DNA of 64,000 nt from Antedon mediterranea (GCF_964355755.1 NC_092676.1:1679788-1743787); one strand, 5' to 3'. Numbered from the stretch's first letter, positions 12,001-25,018 are shown. Notes: generated by a model from the sequence alone, not told the origin. Translations and numbers: made by a program.

Positions 12001-15000
12001 CTGACATTTATTTTAAAACAAATCATGCACTTACGTTAAAATACCATCGCAAAATGTTGATACTGTATAATTATGGCATCTTTTGACCTGATGCATTTAC
12101 GCTTATAGTGCTGAGTTATAATTATCTACAGCATATGTACATCTATATACAATGTAGCATAGGTGAAATTACAGGACCCACATTATGTTCTATTTTTTTT
12201 GGTATGATGGCGTTATCAAAGTAAACATGAAGATGATGAATTGAGCAAAAAGATAAAAGATTTGGAATAAAATTAATTGGGCACGTAAAAGGGCGGCGGT
12301 GCGCGCTTTTTGAAATTTGTACAACTTTTACTAAAAACTAACATTGTGTTAAATAAATTGCAATGCGATAAGCTTTCTACTATAGCTTATGGTTTGTAAT
12401 CACTATGTGTGTATTTAGTAAACGTATATAATTTACAGTTAATTGACAATAACTTGCTTTTCTTTTCTCTTTGTAAGCTCGGGCTCAGTATATTAGCAAC
12501 ATTAGGAAATGAAAATTCTCAAAAACAAATGTTGACGAAACATTTTATAATTGTTACTAAACTAAAGTGCAACATCTATATTTACTTCTCTGTTATTTTC
12601 CTCACATAATATTTATCAATGTAAAATTGTCAACAAAATGAATGATCGCAACTGGAATCGTGATTGTAACCTACGTTACATGTTTTATTTTCGACTTTCA
12701 ATGTAAACGATTATAAAGGCAACAACATTATATTTCTATGAATATGAAACTATAAAATAGTGTATGTAATCAAACAAAAACATGTATAATAACTTACATA
12801 TTGTTACATTCACTAGTACATATTGTATTTTATAGTTTATACTTTATTAACATCCATAATAAAATGAGTCGTCAATCAAAGGTTGTTGTTGATTTCTTGT
12901 ATGTCCGCATACATTCCTGTCTTAAATTCACATAAAATAACACTCATTATTGTACTCTATTAAATAGTCATATGACAAAACTGGTGTTATCTTTCTTAGA
13001 AAATGTATACTGTGTTACAATTGAGTAACGTAAATTACGTATTCAGTAACGTAAATTACTGAATTGAAAGATGAATTCGTCATCAAAATAGTTAAATAAA
13101 AACAACATTTGTAACTTTTAACAATAAACCTCATTGGGATTTTAGATCATTGCCATCACTTTAGTAGGCAAACAAATTATGTGTTTCATTAAATCATCCT
13201 TTTTTTTTTATTTTCTATTAATTCAATGCATATTTTATTAATTATAATTATAAAAACTCCCATATGAAAATGTAAATTAGTGAGTTTTATAATGCTAGTG
13301 TACATACTATTGTTTTGGTTAATATGATTATTATTATTTATTATAATTCTGTGAACTTTACAGTTGCTTGGCCTAATGCTTATATCAGTCTCAACTTTCT
13401 AAGTAACGTAAGTTACATTTCCTTTAATGTTTCAACATTTTGATTTATCCGTTCCCTCTCCTGGTCTGAAATGTAGAACAATCTACCCGTACAACCCTTT
13501 GTTTCAATTTCAACACGGCAGATAACTTTATCAATAGGAATCCATATTTCATCCTTACTATTTGGCCACTGAAATATGTTCTTGTTAATTCTGCTGCCAG
13601 ATTTTAAAAAAGACACCAACGCATCTTCATCATCTATATCAACAACTTTGCCGATGTACCATTCTTCATCATATAATGCCGATACCCAATCATCAACATG
13701 GAATTGAATTTTGCTGCTTTGCTTGGTATTTTGCTTTTGACGTTTCGTTAAGCTATGGACTATCCATCCGGGGCACATGTTATCAGCAGAAGAGGTTTCT
13801 TGACACGCTCTACAGTAGCAAGATACATCGCGTACCATCACTTCTCCACTGATGCCTCTCACTGCATGGAGATTTGTAGTCCCGGGAACAGGTCTTATGT
13901 TTGGCCATTTCATTTGTATTTCCGATTCTGCAGCCACACATTCCTCATTAGTAACAAAAAAGTACTCTATGCGTGAGTTTTCTCTTTCTTGACAAGCCCA
14001 AGCAAAGAAGTCGTGGCCATCTTGGATCACTGCCGCACCACGTTTTACGGCTTCGTCCGCCAAGCGTTTTACTGTTCCGCCAATGCCGTCGCATGGCCCT
14101 TTTCCATGCCCAGCTTCGAAGTAGTCCCAGCTGGCATTAATATTATGGAAAAGTATGTTGTGATTAGATATGATGGAGAATATTGTTTTATTCCGGTATT
14201 GTGATGTTGGACTATCGGTCCAATAATGGATAGTCTTTAATTCTGGCAAGATCCCTCTCAATTTTGGCACCAGCTTCTTTAAAATTGCAAACACAGTAGA
14301 AGCGTTGTGTGCGCGGGTGTCTGAAACCGCTACCATGCTATGATGCTTAATTTCGCCATCATGAAAGTAAGCAACTATAGGGTGTAAAGTAACACCGGTC
14401 TGATTCCAGTAGGCGCTTTGCACTTCTTCCATCGGCACACATGTGTAATTCTGAGCGAAATCCATATGTATGACGCATTCTCCTTCTTGCAGGTTTTCTT
14501 TACACTCTCTTATAGCAGTGTATTGTGCTGTAACCCGTTGTGCATGTTTTCGGAAATCAATAGTTGTAGTTACAAATAAGTCTGCAAATGTGCTTTTGTC
14601 GACTCTTTGTTGAACAAGTTTAGTTTTCTTCTTACCGAAATTGTCCGGGACACGTTTCCATTCTTCATACTGGATCTCTTGATCTGGTATACGTTTGGCA
14701 AGATCAGATATCTGTGTGTCGGTGATTGATTTGATTGCTTCATCGGGGCTTGTGATTGTGATCACACCTAGAGATTTTAATACCTTTAACTGAAGGGCAA
14801 AGTTCTGATGTTTTTGGCAAAGACTTGTGTTTCTTGCTGTGAATTTGACAAGTTTAATATTAGCATTTCTTTGTCGGATTTTCTTAAACGAGGAAAAAGA
14901 AACCTTCCGTTGCTCGGGATTTTCACTTTTGTACTTGGCAAACAAGTTCATCATGTAATCATTGAGGTATCTTATCTGGCGTTTTTCTTTGGTAGAAGAT

Positions 15001-17926
15001 GTTTTGCAGGCATCTCGTTTTCCTGGCATCATCCTGGAGTTGTCATCTCTTTCCATGAAGCCTAATACTTCATTGTGAAGAACTCCCCACGCCTTTTTTA
15101 CATACTTCGCAGCTGTGATTCCTTGCTTTTTCGTCTTGGATAGGTTACGTTGACCAAGGCCCGACTCCCTTGAAACACGCGCGATTAACCTGTATTTCTT
15201 GATTATCTTTCCAGATAGAACATTGCTAATCATTCTTCTGGCCTTCTGCCCTTGGTTTATCTCTGTGCTCTCTCTTATTTCATCAAGCAGTGCATGTGAA
15301 AGCAGGAGTTGTTTTTTCAACCCTTTGGGTACTGATCTTGGTGACATACCTAGAAAATTGGAAATTACATCAATACTAAATTAAGTACGGTTTAGAATAT
15401 TTAAATATTATCTCAATTGATATGTTCAGGAAGATAATGGGTTAAGCGGCATGTAATGGGCAGAAAAAGAAAATACGTATATTCACATCACCATACACGA
15501 CATGGAACAAGTTATCATTTATAAGGCCTTGAGTACATTTTGTGGATATTTGCTCTATATTATAAATAGCCAATATTATCATTATTAATAATAATTATGC
15601 GTGAATAAAACAGTACATTCATTCGTGACGTACCTGCATTTCGTAAATCCTGATTTGCTTTCGATCTTGGAGAGTCAGTACTACTCATGGACGAGTCATG
15701 ACTGGTAGATGGGATGCAATTCTTATTTACTTTCTTCAGAGCTCTTTCATAGCGCTTGTTTATGGTTTTTTTTTGTCTGGTCATTTTCTGTAACTCCAGA
15801 TTTAATTTTTCGATGCGACGATGGGCTCGACTTAGTGCTCTGCCAACACGTTTTCGAGTAGAAATACGTCTCTTAAACGACATCTTGATGCGTAGAGGAG
15901 AAGTTGGTGAAACCACATCGGAAGATATGGCTGAATCATCATTACTACTACTAGGTTCGTCAGCTTCTTCTGGTTGTTGTACTTGTAGTTGGGCTTGAAC
16001 TTGCTTCACGTACCTTCGATGTTTCTGTACTCTTCTTTTCACCGTCGCTCTCCGTGCATTTCTATCTTTTGTTGTAAGTTCTGCTGACGGAACATAGTAT
16101 TTCATTACACGTCTTGCTTCTGCTTGCAAGTACTCTGCTCCTCGCTTCTCTTTTTGTCGTTCCCGATACGCTGCCTGAATCTCGGCTCGTGACTTTACCA
16201 TTATCACCAGTGTCACCTAGTGTTTAACAAAATGTATTAGTATTAAATCGAAATAAACAAATATTAAATTATATTTTTACATTTTAAATAACCATAATGT
16301 AAAAAAATACATTGACTTTGTATGTAGTAAATTATGTAACTTACGTTACCATGAACTTACTATTAATACTTGTGAGTATCGATATTACAAAGACACAAGA
16401 TGTATCCAGGTACATGACATACGTTTGACAATGAATATTCATAAACATATATACACAGATATTATCTTAATATCATTGCTATGTTCGGTAATGTTACAAC
16501 AACATAGACATACAACATCAATGTGAAACTTACGTTACCATAGTATCAAGGGCAAAGAAACTTCCCATAAAATAACCCTAAATAAAATCAACTCCGGTTG
16601 GAGGTAATGTTCATTATTGCCTGTATAATATAACTTAAATTATTTGAATATACTGAGTAGAAAAAAAACAAGACGTCTTAGAAATGAGGTATATAAAATG
16701 GTAACCTACGTTACATGTAGTGTAATTTACGTTACGTTGTTGCCTATGCTAGCTTACTAGTGTAAATTGTACAATGTAATAACATACTTGCATATCTGTC
16801 TAATTTCCTAAATTATGAACATTAGGAAAGTTGTTCTAAATGATCTTTAGTGAATTAAGCATTTGAATACTTACTAAAATATACTCGAAAATCTGATATG
16901 AAGAATAAACTATAAAATTGTGAAGACGTATTTATAAAAACGTGGTCAAAATTGCCGCTGTCTGCCGAATCACGTGGTTAAAACTTTTTATTGTGTCAGA
17001 GGGCGTTTTCTTGATCATAAGAATATCTGTATTCCTTAGAAATGTCCATAATATTAAAACTCATCAGTAACAATATATATGGTAACGTAAGTTACCATAA
17101 CGTAAATTTCAAATGAACTTCAAAGGCTCAAATAATTAAATCTTAAAACAACAACAAAATAATCAGTTTAAAATTAAACTTGACGTAACTAATCTTATAA
17201 ATTATTATAACATGTGTGTACACAAACCGGATCCTAAGAAGAAATGGGGTAACGTAGGTTACATCGCTTAACCAATCGTTTTTCATTAACACTTTCCAGG
17301 CAATTTTATAACGTATTTACATTATATTTCATCCGCGCAAGCAATATAATCGTTATCAAGAGTACAAATCACATATAATACGAAGAAAAATACTTTTATA
17401 GGTAATTATTAATTGATATTTAATGCATTTTTTAAAGTCTGTAACGTAAGTTACGTCATTTGTGCGACATATTTAATTGAAGAATTTTTTTAAATAAAAC
17501 TCATTTTTTGTCAAAATTTCACTTACATGCGTTAAACGTATAGGTAAGGCTCCAAAATATACAGTATTTACAATGATAAATGGGATTATATTTAATTTTT
17601 ACACTAGTGAATATTATGAAATTGGCCGGCGACAGGCAGTTTTGTGTCATATCATGAAGTTTAAAGTGACATTATTTTTTAAGGGCAAGGATTTTCAAAA
17701 TAAAACTTGGCCAATACAAAGAATAACGTTTCCTGTACCGTCATAACGCTTTAAAACACACTTTTAGTGCATAGTTTTATATATATAACACAGTAATTAT
17801 AGGCGACATTGGTTTTTCATATTCGTGTTGGTATAGTGAGCCTGAGCCTGTATAGCAGCTGCAGCAGCAGCAAATACCGACGAAGCCGAAGATACCATAG
17901 ATGATGATGATGAACTTTTTATTTGA
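9100..17926 (+). CDS. Spliced DUF4806/BEN-like transposon cargo gene, possibly degenerate; exons approx. 9100-9277, 9425-9521, 9874-10037, 10631-10825, 11186-11345, 11679-11800, 17856-17926
   Basis: GT-AG bounded segments read CWWPNYRSIQKVKRAI..WQEFEIRVL / TYERVRQKLKKATETSDLET / FDLPAASMDDIQNIEE / LGGHNETDVLNRIMGHLLSNTLASEFNWMGRGDKKRF / IKSWLKYSKDRAGGRK / acidic tail AAAAANTDEAEDTIDDDDELFI*. The 5' part may be frameshifted and the start is not located. Confidence 0.65.
10258..10450 (+). mobile_element. tRNA-derived SINE (intronic)
   Basis: A box TGGCTTGGTGG, B box GGTTCAAGCCC, A-rich tail; same family as 59267-59552. Confidence 0.8.
11011..11050 (+). ncRNA. Minimal type I hammerhead ribozyme within a ~170-bp Penelope-like remnant (~10945-11110)
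   Basis: ctc-CTGAGGA-a-GATTAA-agcaca-TTGATC-GAAA-cg-TC-gag: core intact, stems I and II pair, ACGT palindrome in stem III. Confidence 0.8.
12170..17737 (-). mobile_element. Sola2-like DNA transposon nested in the last intron of the DUF4806 gene (ends approximate)
   Basis: Transposase gene inside; repeated GTAACGTAAGTTAC-like motifs from ~12660 to 17460; only a short TACAGGA...TCCTGTA inverted pair found as candidate termini. Confidence 0.6.
13413..16201 (-). CDS. Sola2-like DDD transposase, two coding exons (16201-15634, 15349-13413), ~834 aa
   Basis: Motifs HMDFAQNY..QSAYW..TLHP, WTDSPTSQYRNK and YFEAGHGKGPCDGIGG; GCAG|gtacgt...ttctag|GTATG joins the 218-aa and 644-aa ORFs in frame; C-terminal Tudor/SH3-like segment WYIGKVVD..FQWP..DEIW. 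Confidence 0.85.
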
Positions 17927-18549
17927 ATTGTTGGTTATCCGTATACTGGATGCTTTTACGGCATCATATTGCCAGTAGATTTTGTAAAATAGGATTTGTT
18001 TTTTCTTTGGTACTATTATTCATATTTAAAAGAGCGCATCTCGCTTATCGATACCCCATTTCTCCCAGCTTTAAATATTTTCTTATTCAATAAATCATTC
18101 TTCGCATGAGTAGTAAACTTTTTAATTTTGATGACCTCATTATGTCTCAACATTTGAACAACATGGGTTAATTAATTTAATCTATATAGTAAATTGTAAT
18201 CTATAGCCCCTCAGGATGAAAAGTGGCCCTCATGATTAAATGTGTGCTCAAATTAACTTCCGAATTGATGAAATGTTAAAAACTTGATTAAAATGTAATC
18301 AAACGTTGCAATTAATTATACATTTTTACATTCTTAAGAGACGAGTTCAAATCTATATAGTTTATTTGATTTTTAATTGTCTAGTTTTTAAATGTTTTAC
18401 TTAAATTGTTTATCATTAAATAATTATACCTTTAATAAAAACAATTTCCAATCCAATATTTGCAGAGTACCGGCATTATTTAATTGTTAAGTTTCATTCA
18501 TATTCATTCGATGGTACAATCTATTTACTACGGTGAATCGATGTAAATT

Positions 18550-19510
18550 AACACAGCTACTCCAACACGTTGTGCTCACGCATAACCGACGAATACAAAA
18601 TACGATGACCGACGTAATCTATGACTTTAAGCCGACGTTGACCCAACACATTGGGCGAACTAATGCCCAACGAAGAACAATTACGTTAAACCAACGTCAT
18701 CAAAAGTTGTTAGACCAATGTAATATAAATGACGTTAAGCCGACATCAACCCAACACGTTGAGCCAACCTAGACACGACAAATAAAAAAATACGTTGAAC
18801 CAACGTCATAAAAAGTTATTAGACCAACGTAATGTATATGACGTTAAGCCGACGTCAACCAAACACATGTCGGGCCAACATCGTTAAAAGATGTTAAGCC
18901 AACCATAAATGACGACGTTTGTCCGACGTTGCCCGAACACGTTGTTGCAATGTCTGTCCAACGCGTTGGGCCCACTAAGGGCCGATGTAAAAAATAACGT
19001 TGGGTCTACGTTGGTAAAAGTAACGTCGGGCCTACGTCGGTAAAAGTTGTTAAGCCAACCATAAATAACGACGTTTGTCCGACGTCGCCCCAACACGTTG
19101 TTCCGATGTCTGTCCAACGCGTTGGGCCCACTAAGGGCCGACGGAAAATATTACGTCGGGCCTATGTCGCGGTATAAGATGTCGAGCCAACCATAAACGA
19201 CGACGTTTGGCCGACGTCGCCCCAACACGTTGTTCCAATGTCTGTTCAACGCGTTGGGCCCACTAAGGGCCGATGGAAAAAATTACGTCGGGCCTACGTT
19301 GGTAACAGTAACGTCGGGCCTACGTCGGTAAAAGGTGTCAAGCCAACCATAAACGACGACGTTTGGCCGACGTCGCCCCAACACGTTGTTCCGATGTCTG
19401 TACAACGCGTTGGGCCCACTAAGGGCCGATGGAAAAAATTACGTCGGGCCTACGTCGCCTAAAGTTGTTGGCCCAACGTAACTGTTGACCTTACGCCAAC
19501 GTCGGTACAA
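18550..19510. repeat. Subterminal tandem repeat array (~130-160-bp units rich in CCAACG/CGTTGG/GACGTC)
   Basis: CGTTGGGCCCACTAAGGGCCGA recurs near 18964, 19120, 19253 and 19408, directly inside the CTGGG terminus. Confidence 0.9.
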
Positions 19511-20129
19511 CGTGTGATTGCTAGCTGGGTTATTATATATATATAGTTTACTGGTACAGTACAGCATTAGACCACTCGCCTACTCTACACTGTTAATGTA
19601 ATGTCTTAGTATTAATTAATTACATATCCTTATTTCAACTTTATAACAAAATTATTCAACATTGTTCATTAGTGTGAGTGAACTTTCTGTGTATACATAA
19701 TATATAGAACTACTTAAAGTACTTTTAAGTTTGAAAACAACTTTCAAATTAAAACTGAAAGACAAACATTTGTAGAGAATAACACAATGCTCCCTTTTGT
19801 TGCAATAACCACACCTAGAGTGAAGACTTTTACTACTTTTGTTTCTTTACAGTCAGAATATTCGTTTAACTGTAGTACGTATGAATGAACATTTTACAAA
19901 CGTAGCGGTAAAAACAAACGATACATCCTTTTTGGCATATTTCCAAATTTCCTGTATACAAAATTCAAGAGAAACTTAGGAAACCCAAACAAAAGTTAAA
20001 ATATCCTTATTGTTAAATCAAACATGATTCCTTATTTTATTTCAACTCATTAAACAACACTTTCAGTCTCTCATCTAATTCACAATTTAGAGGTTGGATG
20101 TTCACAAACTGCATAAACAGAAGTAGTTA

Positions 20130-21314
20130 ATGATGACTTTGAAAATCGTTAATCTGTTGGTGATGACCTGCTTGTTGATATTCACACATGGAGGAGCTTC
20201 AAGAAGTTTGGTAAAATTTAATCAGAAGTTTCACTACTCATCAACAAGTAAGGTAAACATTACAATCACAGCATCAAGTATACAACTGAATGTTACTGAT
20301 CGCTCAGGAAAATCTATGATACTTAAATGTCTAATTTTTTTTTCGTTTGGTTCTAATCAAGGACTATACGCTTGCGAAAATGATAATTCTCAATATACTA
20401 TTAATACACCGAATGTAACATTAACCAAATCTCAACCAGAACTTGTAAAACTCTATTGTGACGGTATGAGAGACATCGTTGAAGGAGAGGAAGTACACAT
20501 TTCATGTGATTTGATCAGAAAAGATGACAACATCCAATATGAAGTTACAATTGGTTGGATCCAAGGAAAGCACAACATCACACAGTCTCATCAAGCAGAT
20601 ACTAACATTACAATTGATCTGACTATAAAAGGTTTTCATTCTGGAGAAGGGGTATTTTACTACTGTATTTCAACTCAGAATAACATTAACTGCTGTAAAT
20701 TGGAATTAACGGTTTACCGTCAATTAAAGGTAGAGGTTAAGAGGTTGCATGTAATACCTGAAGTTGATGTGAACCAGAATTGCTTCAAGTGCTATGCAGA
20801 AGGTGGATCTGGTGACAAAACAATTTATAATTGGAGTTTGAATGGAGAGTCCCAGTATCAGTATTATGACAATGATGAAAGGTGCTTTGGTAATTTACCA
20901 GCTGGTAACTACACTGTGAAGTGTCTGGTGAGTACTGATGTTCAGAACAAATCTGATGAGATAACATTAACAATTAAGGATGCCATAACAACAGACAAAA
21001 TGGTAACATCTCAAAACATTAATAATATATTACCAACAGACACAATGACAACATCTCAAAATATCAATTATGTCATCCCAACAGAAACAATGACAACTAA
21101 TGAAATAATCATAATCCTGGCAACAAGTAATATCATGATGGTGATGATTGCACCAAGTGTATGTGTGGTGTGTTATTACAAACGTAAGAAACACAGAAAC
21201 AGACCACAACCTGTTGTGTACTATCAAAGAAACAGGGACTCATCTGGAAGTGAATATTCTGACGTTCTACCGATCGACATGGATGAACCGATATATCATG
21301 CAATAACACAGTAG
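20130..21314 (+). CDS. Receptor copy 1 (intact, 394 aa): single-ORF type I membrane protein, 3 Ig-like domains, Tyr-motif tail
   Basis: Signal peptide MMTLKIVNLLVMTCLLIFTHGGA; NQGLYAC, VEGEEVHISC..W..YYC, CYAEGG..YNW..GNYTVKC; TM IIIILATSNIMMVMIAPSVCVVC; tail SEYSDV...EPIYHAI. Confidence 0.9.
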   Translation: MMTLKIVNLLVMTCLLIFTHGGASRSLVKFNQKFHYSSTSKVNITITASSIQLNVTDRSGKSMILKCLIFFSFGSNQGLYACENDNSQYTINTPNVTLTKSQPELVKLYCDGMRDIVEGEEVHISCDLIRKDDNIQYEVTIGWIQGKHNITQSHQADTNITIDLTIKGFHSGEGVFYYCISTQNNINCCKLELTVYRQLKVEVKRLHVIPEVDVNQNCFKCYAEGGSGDKTIYNWSLNGESQYQYYDNDERCFGNLPAGNYTVKCLVSTDVQNKSDEITLTIKDAITTDKMVTSQNINNILPTDTMTTSQNINYVIPTETMTTNEIIIILATSNIMMVMIAPSVCVVCYYKRKKHRNRPQPVVYYQRNRDSSGSEYSDVLPIDMDEPIYHAITQ

Positions 21315-21720
21315 ATCTTGCGGAAAATGTATTCTAATGGTTGATTTTCATGCTCGCAAACCTTTTGTACTCAGGTGATTTTTGCCAAAGGAAAAATATA
21401 TTAACGATAGCATACATCATCAACACTTGGATGAGACAAATGATAACGATTGGTGTTACGGTGTGGTGTCCTATGGCAGAATTTACTGCAACTTATTCAC
21501 TTTATGCTGCATAACTAGTTTTAGCAAAATCATTCCAAGTGAAAGACTGCTTAATATTGATCTATAACACTACTATACATTTTTAAATCATACAAAAACA
21601 CTTTAACTAACATAATAATGATATGTATTTAGTATGCTGTTTTTGTTTTCTAATCTTTACTATACAAAATTTAGTCTCAACTGTTTCATGTGAATTTTGT
21701 CAACACAAAAAATAAGATTC

Positions 21721-21900
21721 GTAGTGAAGCTGTAGCTTGGTGGTTAACGCGCTTGCCTTCCAATCCTAATGTCCGGGTTCAATCCTGACCTAGTGCCAGT
21801 GAGACGTTATAAGCATGATAAACTATTAAATAGTTTATCTCATCCTGTAATTGGCGAGGGAGTTTGTGTTCGCTGTTGGATGAGTATGAAATAAATAAAT
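21721..21900 (+). mobile_element. tRNA-derived SINE
   Basis: A box TAGCTTGGTGG, B box GGTTCAATCC, (AAAT)n tail. Confidence 0.7.
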
Positions 21901-22519
21901 ATACATATATATCTGATATCAAATAATAATTCATAAATATCTTTAGATTTTAATTTCTTAAATTTTCGGCTAGTTGTGATGTGCTTAAATGCATTTCAGA
22001 TGTCACGAAAGGAGGCGAATAATTACATTTTATGTTTTATACTTTCGTTTAATTCTTAAATTGAAAGCCTAAAATCCAGCCAATCACGGACATTTTGACC
22101 GTTGTTCATTAGATATCATGGTCATCGGTCATGAGTCGAAACATTTTATCAATATTAATACAAAATTAGTCATTTTCATAATCAGTTCTCAACCCTATGT
22201 CAAATATCAATAAATCTGGTTATCTTCATCATCATCATTGCAGGGGGTTCGTTTTCACGGCATCTATCAAGTTCAGAATATTCCCCATCTGCTTTAATAA
22301 GTTCTGAATCGAAATTCATCATTATTTTTTTCTTAATCGATCAGTTCTCAACACTATGTCAAAATATTAATAAAAATAAATTTGGTTAAATATCAAAATA
22401 TCATAAAAATTGGAGGGAGTTTGTTAGTCAAGGCATCTATCAAGTCCCAACCCCCTGTGACAGAATATTCATCAAAGATTTTTAACTTTTCATATTTTTA
22501 TTAACATGATTGTACCTAC

Positions 22520-22678
22520 TCTGAATTTTTAACTTTTTAACTTTTATACAATCAGAATTTTTAACTTTTATACAATCAGAATTTTTAACTTTTATACAAT
22601 CAGAATTTTTAACTTTTATACAATCAGAATGTTTAACTTTTATACAATCAGAATTTTTAACTTTTACACAATCAGATT
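22520..22678. repeat. 24-bp minisatellite (AATCAGAATTTTTAACTTTTATAC), ~6 copies
   Basis: Direct tandem repeat. Confidence 0.9.
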
Positions 22679-23508
22679 GTTCAGATAGCAATTGAATTTT
22701 TATAACACTTTTGTTAACATTTTATTATACTATATTTTTCTATGTATTTTTCTAAATTTGTTAAATGTCGGTTTTATTGTATCGTTCAAGTTGACAGGGG
22801 CTGGTCAAGCACATCACAAGATGACCGTTTTATACTTTTGCTTTTCCGCTACTCCCCTGTTATACTTATATGTTTGTTTTTTTAGAAAGATTGAAAATAA
22901 AATAAATAAATAAAATTCCCCCTCTGCTTTAATAAGTTCTGAATCGATATTCATTATTATTTTTTCATAATCGATCAGTTCTCAACACTATGTCAACTAT
23001 TTAAAAATGTATTGTCCCTTTGACGAATTCCAAAAAAAAGAAGAAATATTTCGAAAAAATGTGGGTCATTTTGAAGTATCATAATAGTTATAATAACTTT
23101 CACCAAAAATTAGTCGAAAAAAAAACATTTAACTGAAAAACAGAAATGTTTTTGTTTAAAAAATAACTTTCGATCAAAACATATCTCATAATGCAACGCG
23201 CTTGTTTGGCTACTCTGATGCATAATCATAAAACTTCCTCGCGATCTGTGTGAAAACACCTTCTCAACCGTGACGAGTTGTAAACAATCCTAATAGCATC
23301 ATGCATAATGCATAGGCCCCTACGCATGGTTTGAAATATTTGTTTACTTTTATATCAGGTTGGATTTTTTTTATGCCAGGCCTCTTCTTTGTAAAACCAG
23401 TTAAAACCTAGACTTTCTTGTATTTAAGCAAGGAATACAATAAACTGATAGTCTTTGACCAAATTAGAAAGTTGGACTGACCAGCAGTGCGCACAGAGGT
23501 TGCTAAAG

Positions 23509-24545
23509 ATGAATTTGAAATTGCTTATTCTGTTTGTGATGACCTGCTTGTTGATATTCAGACATGGAGGAGCTACAAGACGTTTGGTAAAATTTAACAG
23601 GAAATATCACTACTCATCAACAAGTAAGGTAAACATTACAATCATACCGGTAATACACCAAAAGACTGTTGAGCGATTAGGAAAATATGAAACAGTTAAA
23701 TGTCCACTTTTCATTTCGTTTGGTTCTAATCAAGGACTATACTTATGTCAATTGGATGATAATACTACATTTTCTATTTACACGTCGGGTGTAACATCGA
23801 CCACATGTCAACCAGAACTTGTAAACCTCTATTGTGACGGTATGAGAGACATCGTTGAAGGAGAGGAAGTACACATTTCATGTGACTTGATCAAGAACTC
23901 TGACTATGATCAACACGAAGTAACAACTTTTTGGGTTCAAGGAAAGCACATTACACAGATTCATCATACAGATGCTGACATGACAATTAATCAGACTCTT
24001 AAAGGTTTTTATTCTGGACAAGGGATATTTTTGTACTGTATTTCATTTGAGAATAGCATTAACTGCTATAGATTGACTATGAAAGTTTATCCCCTATTAA
24101 TGGAGAGGTCCAAGGTGTATATGAAAACTCTGAAGTTGATGTGAACCAGAATTGTTTCAAGTGTTATGCAGAAGGTGGATCTGGTAAGATAATATATAAT
24201 TGGAGTTTGAATGGAGACGAATTGCAGTATCATTTCTATGAAACTGATGAAAGATGCTTTGGTAATTTACCAGCTGGTAACTACACTGTGAAGTGTCTGG
24301 TGAGTACTGATGTCCAGAACAGATCTGATGAGATAGCATTCACAATCAAAGATGACATGTTAAGAGATAAAATGGCAACTAGTAAAATAACCATAATCTT
24401 GGCAACAAGTAATATTATACTGATCATTGCACTTGTGTGTGTTGTGTGTTATGACAAACTTAAGAAGAAACATGACAACACACCACAACCTGCTGTGTAC
24501 TATCAAAGAAACAGGGATTCAACTCGTACGTATGAATTCTTCTGA
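23509..24545 (+). pseudogene. Receptor copy 2, frameshifted near 24100-24120
   Basis: ORFs 23455-24144 and 24141-24545 together align to copy 4; three 1-nt indels within ~20 bp (net -1). Confidence 0.85.
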
Positions 24546-24910
24546 CATTAGTTACTATACAATAGATGCACCAAAACATGGTGCAAATGCCTATGATTGA
24601 TAATAGACTGATGAAAAACAATGAGTACAGTCATGACATTTTGAGCATGTCAAAAATTTCCACGCGCGCGAAAAAAATTACGCGTATGGTGCGCACGGAC
24701 AATTTATATGCATTATCTATATTACAGAACAATCAGAAAGTGCTTCTTTTTTATTTCAAATAAAAAGCATGCATTTGAATACCAATTTGTGTTTACACTT
24801 TGATATCATAATCAATAGAAAATGTTTATAATAACCAATTATAAAGCCCACCATTTTGATTGTTTTGACACTCAAAAAGCATTAAACAGATAACACATGG
24901 TGTTAAATTG

Positions 24911-25018
24911 TTTTTAGTCGTGTGCAAACGCGACTATAGCTCACTATGTCGGTCGGTAGGTCGGTAAACACTAACTCCAATTTGCGCACGTGACTGTAGC
25001 CATGTATATGGCCTTGTT
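24911..25018 (+). mobile_element. Short Helentron-associated (HINE/DINE-1-like) element
   Basis: TTTTTAGTCGTGTG subTIR, GTCG microsatellite, 3' inverted copy and hairpin; inserted in a T-run, with an empty paralogous site at ~62165; other copies at 30430 and 55757. Confidence 0.65.

Larger units (their letters stand above)
1..19529. mobile_element. Large non-autonomous EnSpm/CACTA (CMC)-like DNA transposon, left end outside the window
   Basis: Ends in TGCTAGCTGGG (reverse complement CCCAGCTAGCA; CCC termini are typical of animal EnSpm); subterminal repeat arrays; DUF4806-type cargo; sequence after 19529 matches uninterrupted paralogous spacers at ~25490 and ~31010. No EnSpm transposase seen. 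Confidence 0.6.

Noticed and set aside
13755-15998. Plus-strand short ORFs over the transposase
   Set aside because: Antisense shadows of the minus-strand CDS
24566-24763. Conserved small ORF pairs (24566/30085; 25190/30709)
   Set aside because: Identity is explained by the recent 5.5-kb-offset duplication; no coding features
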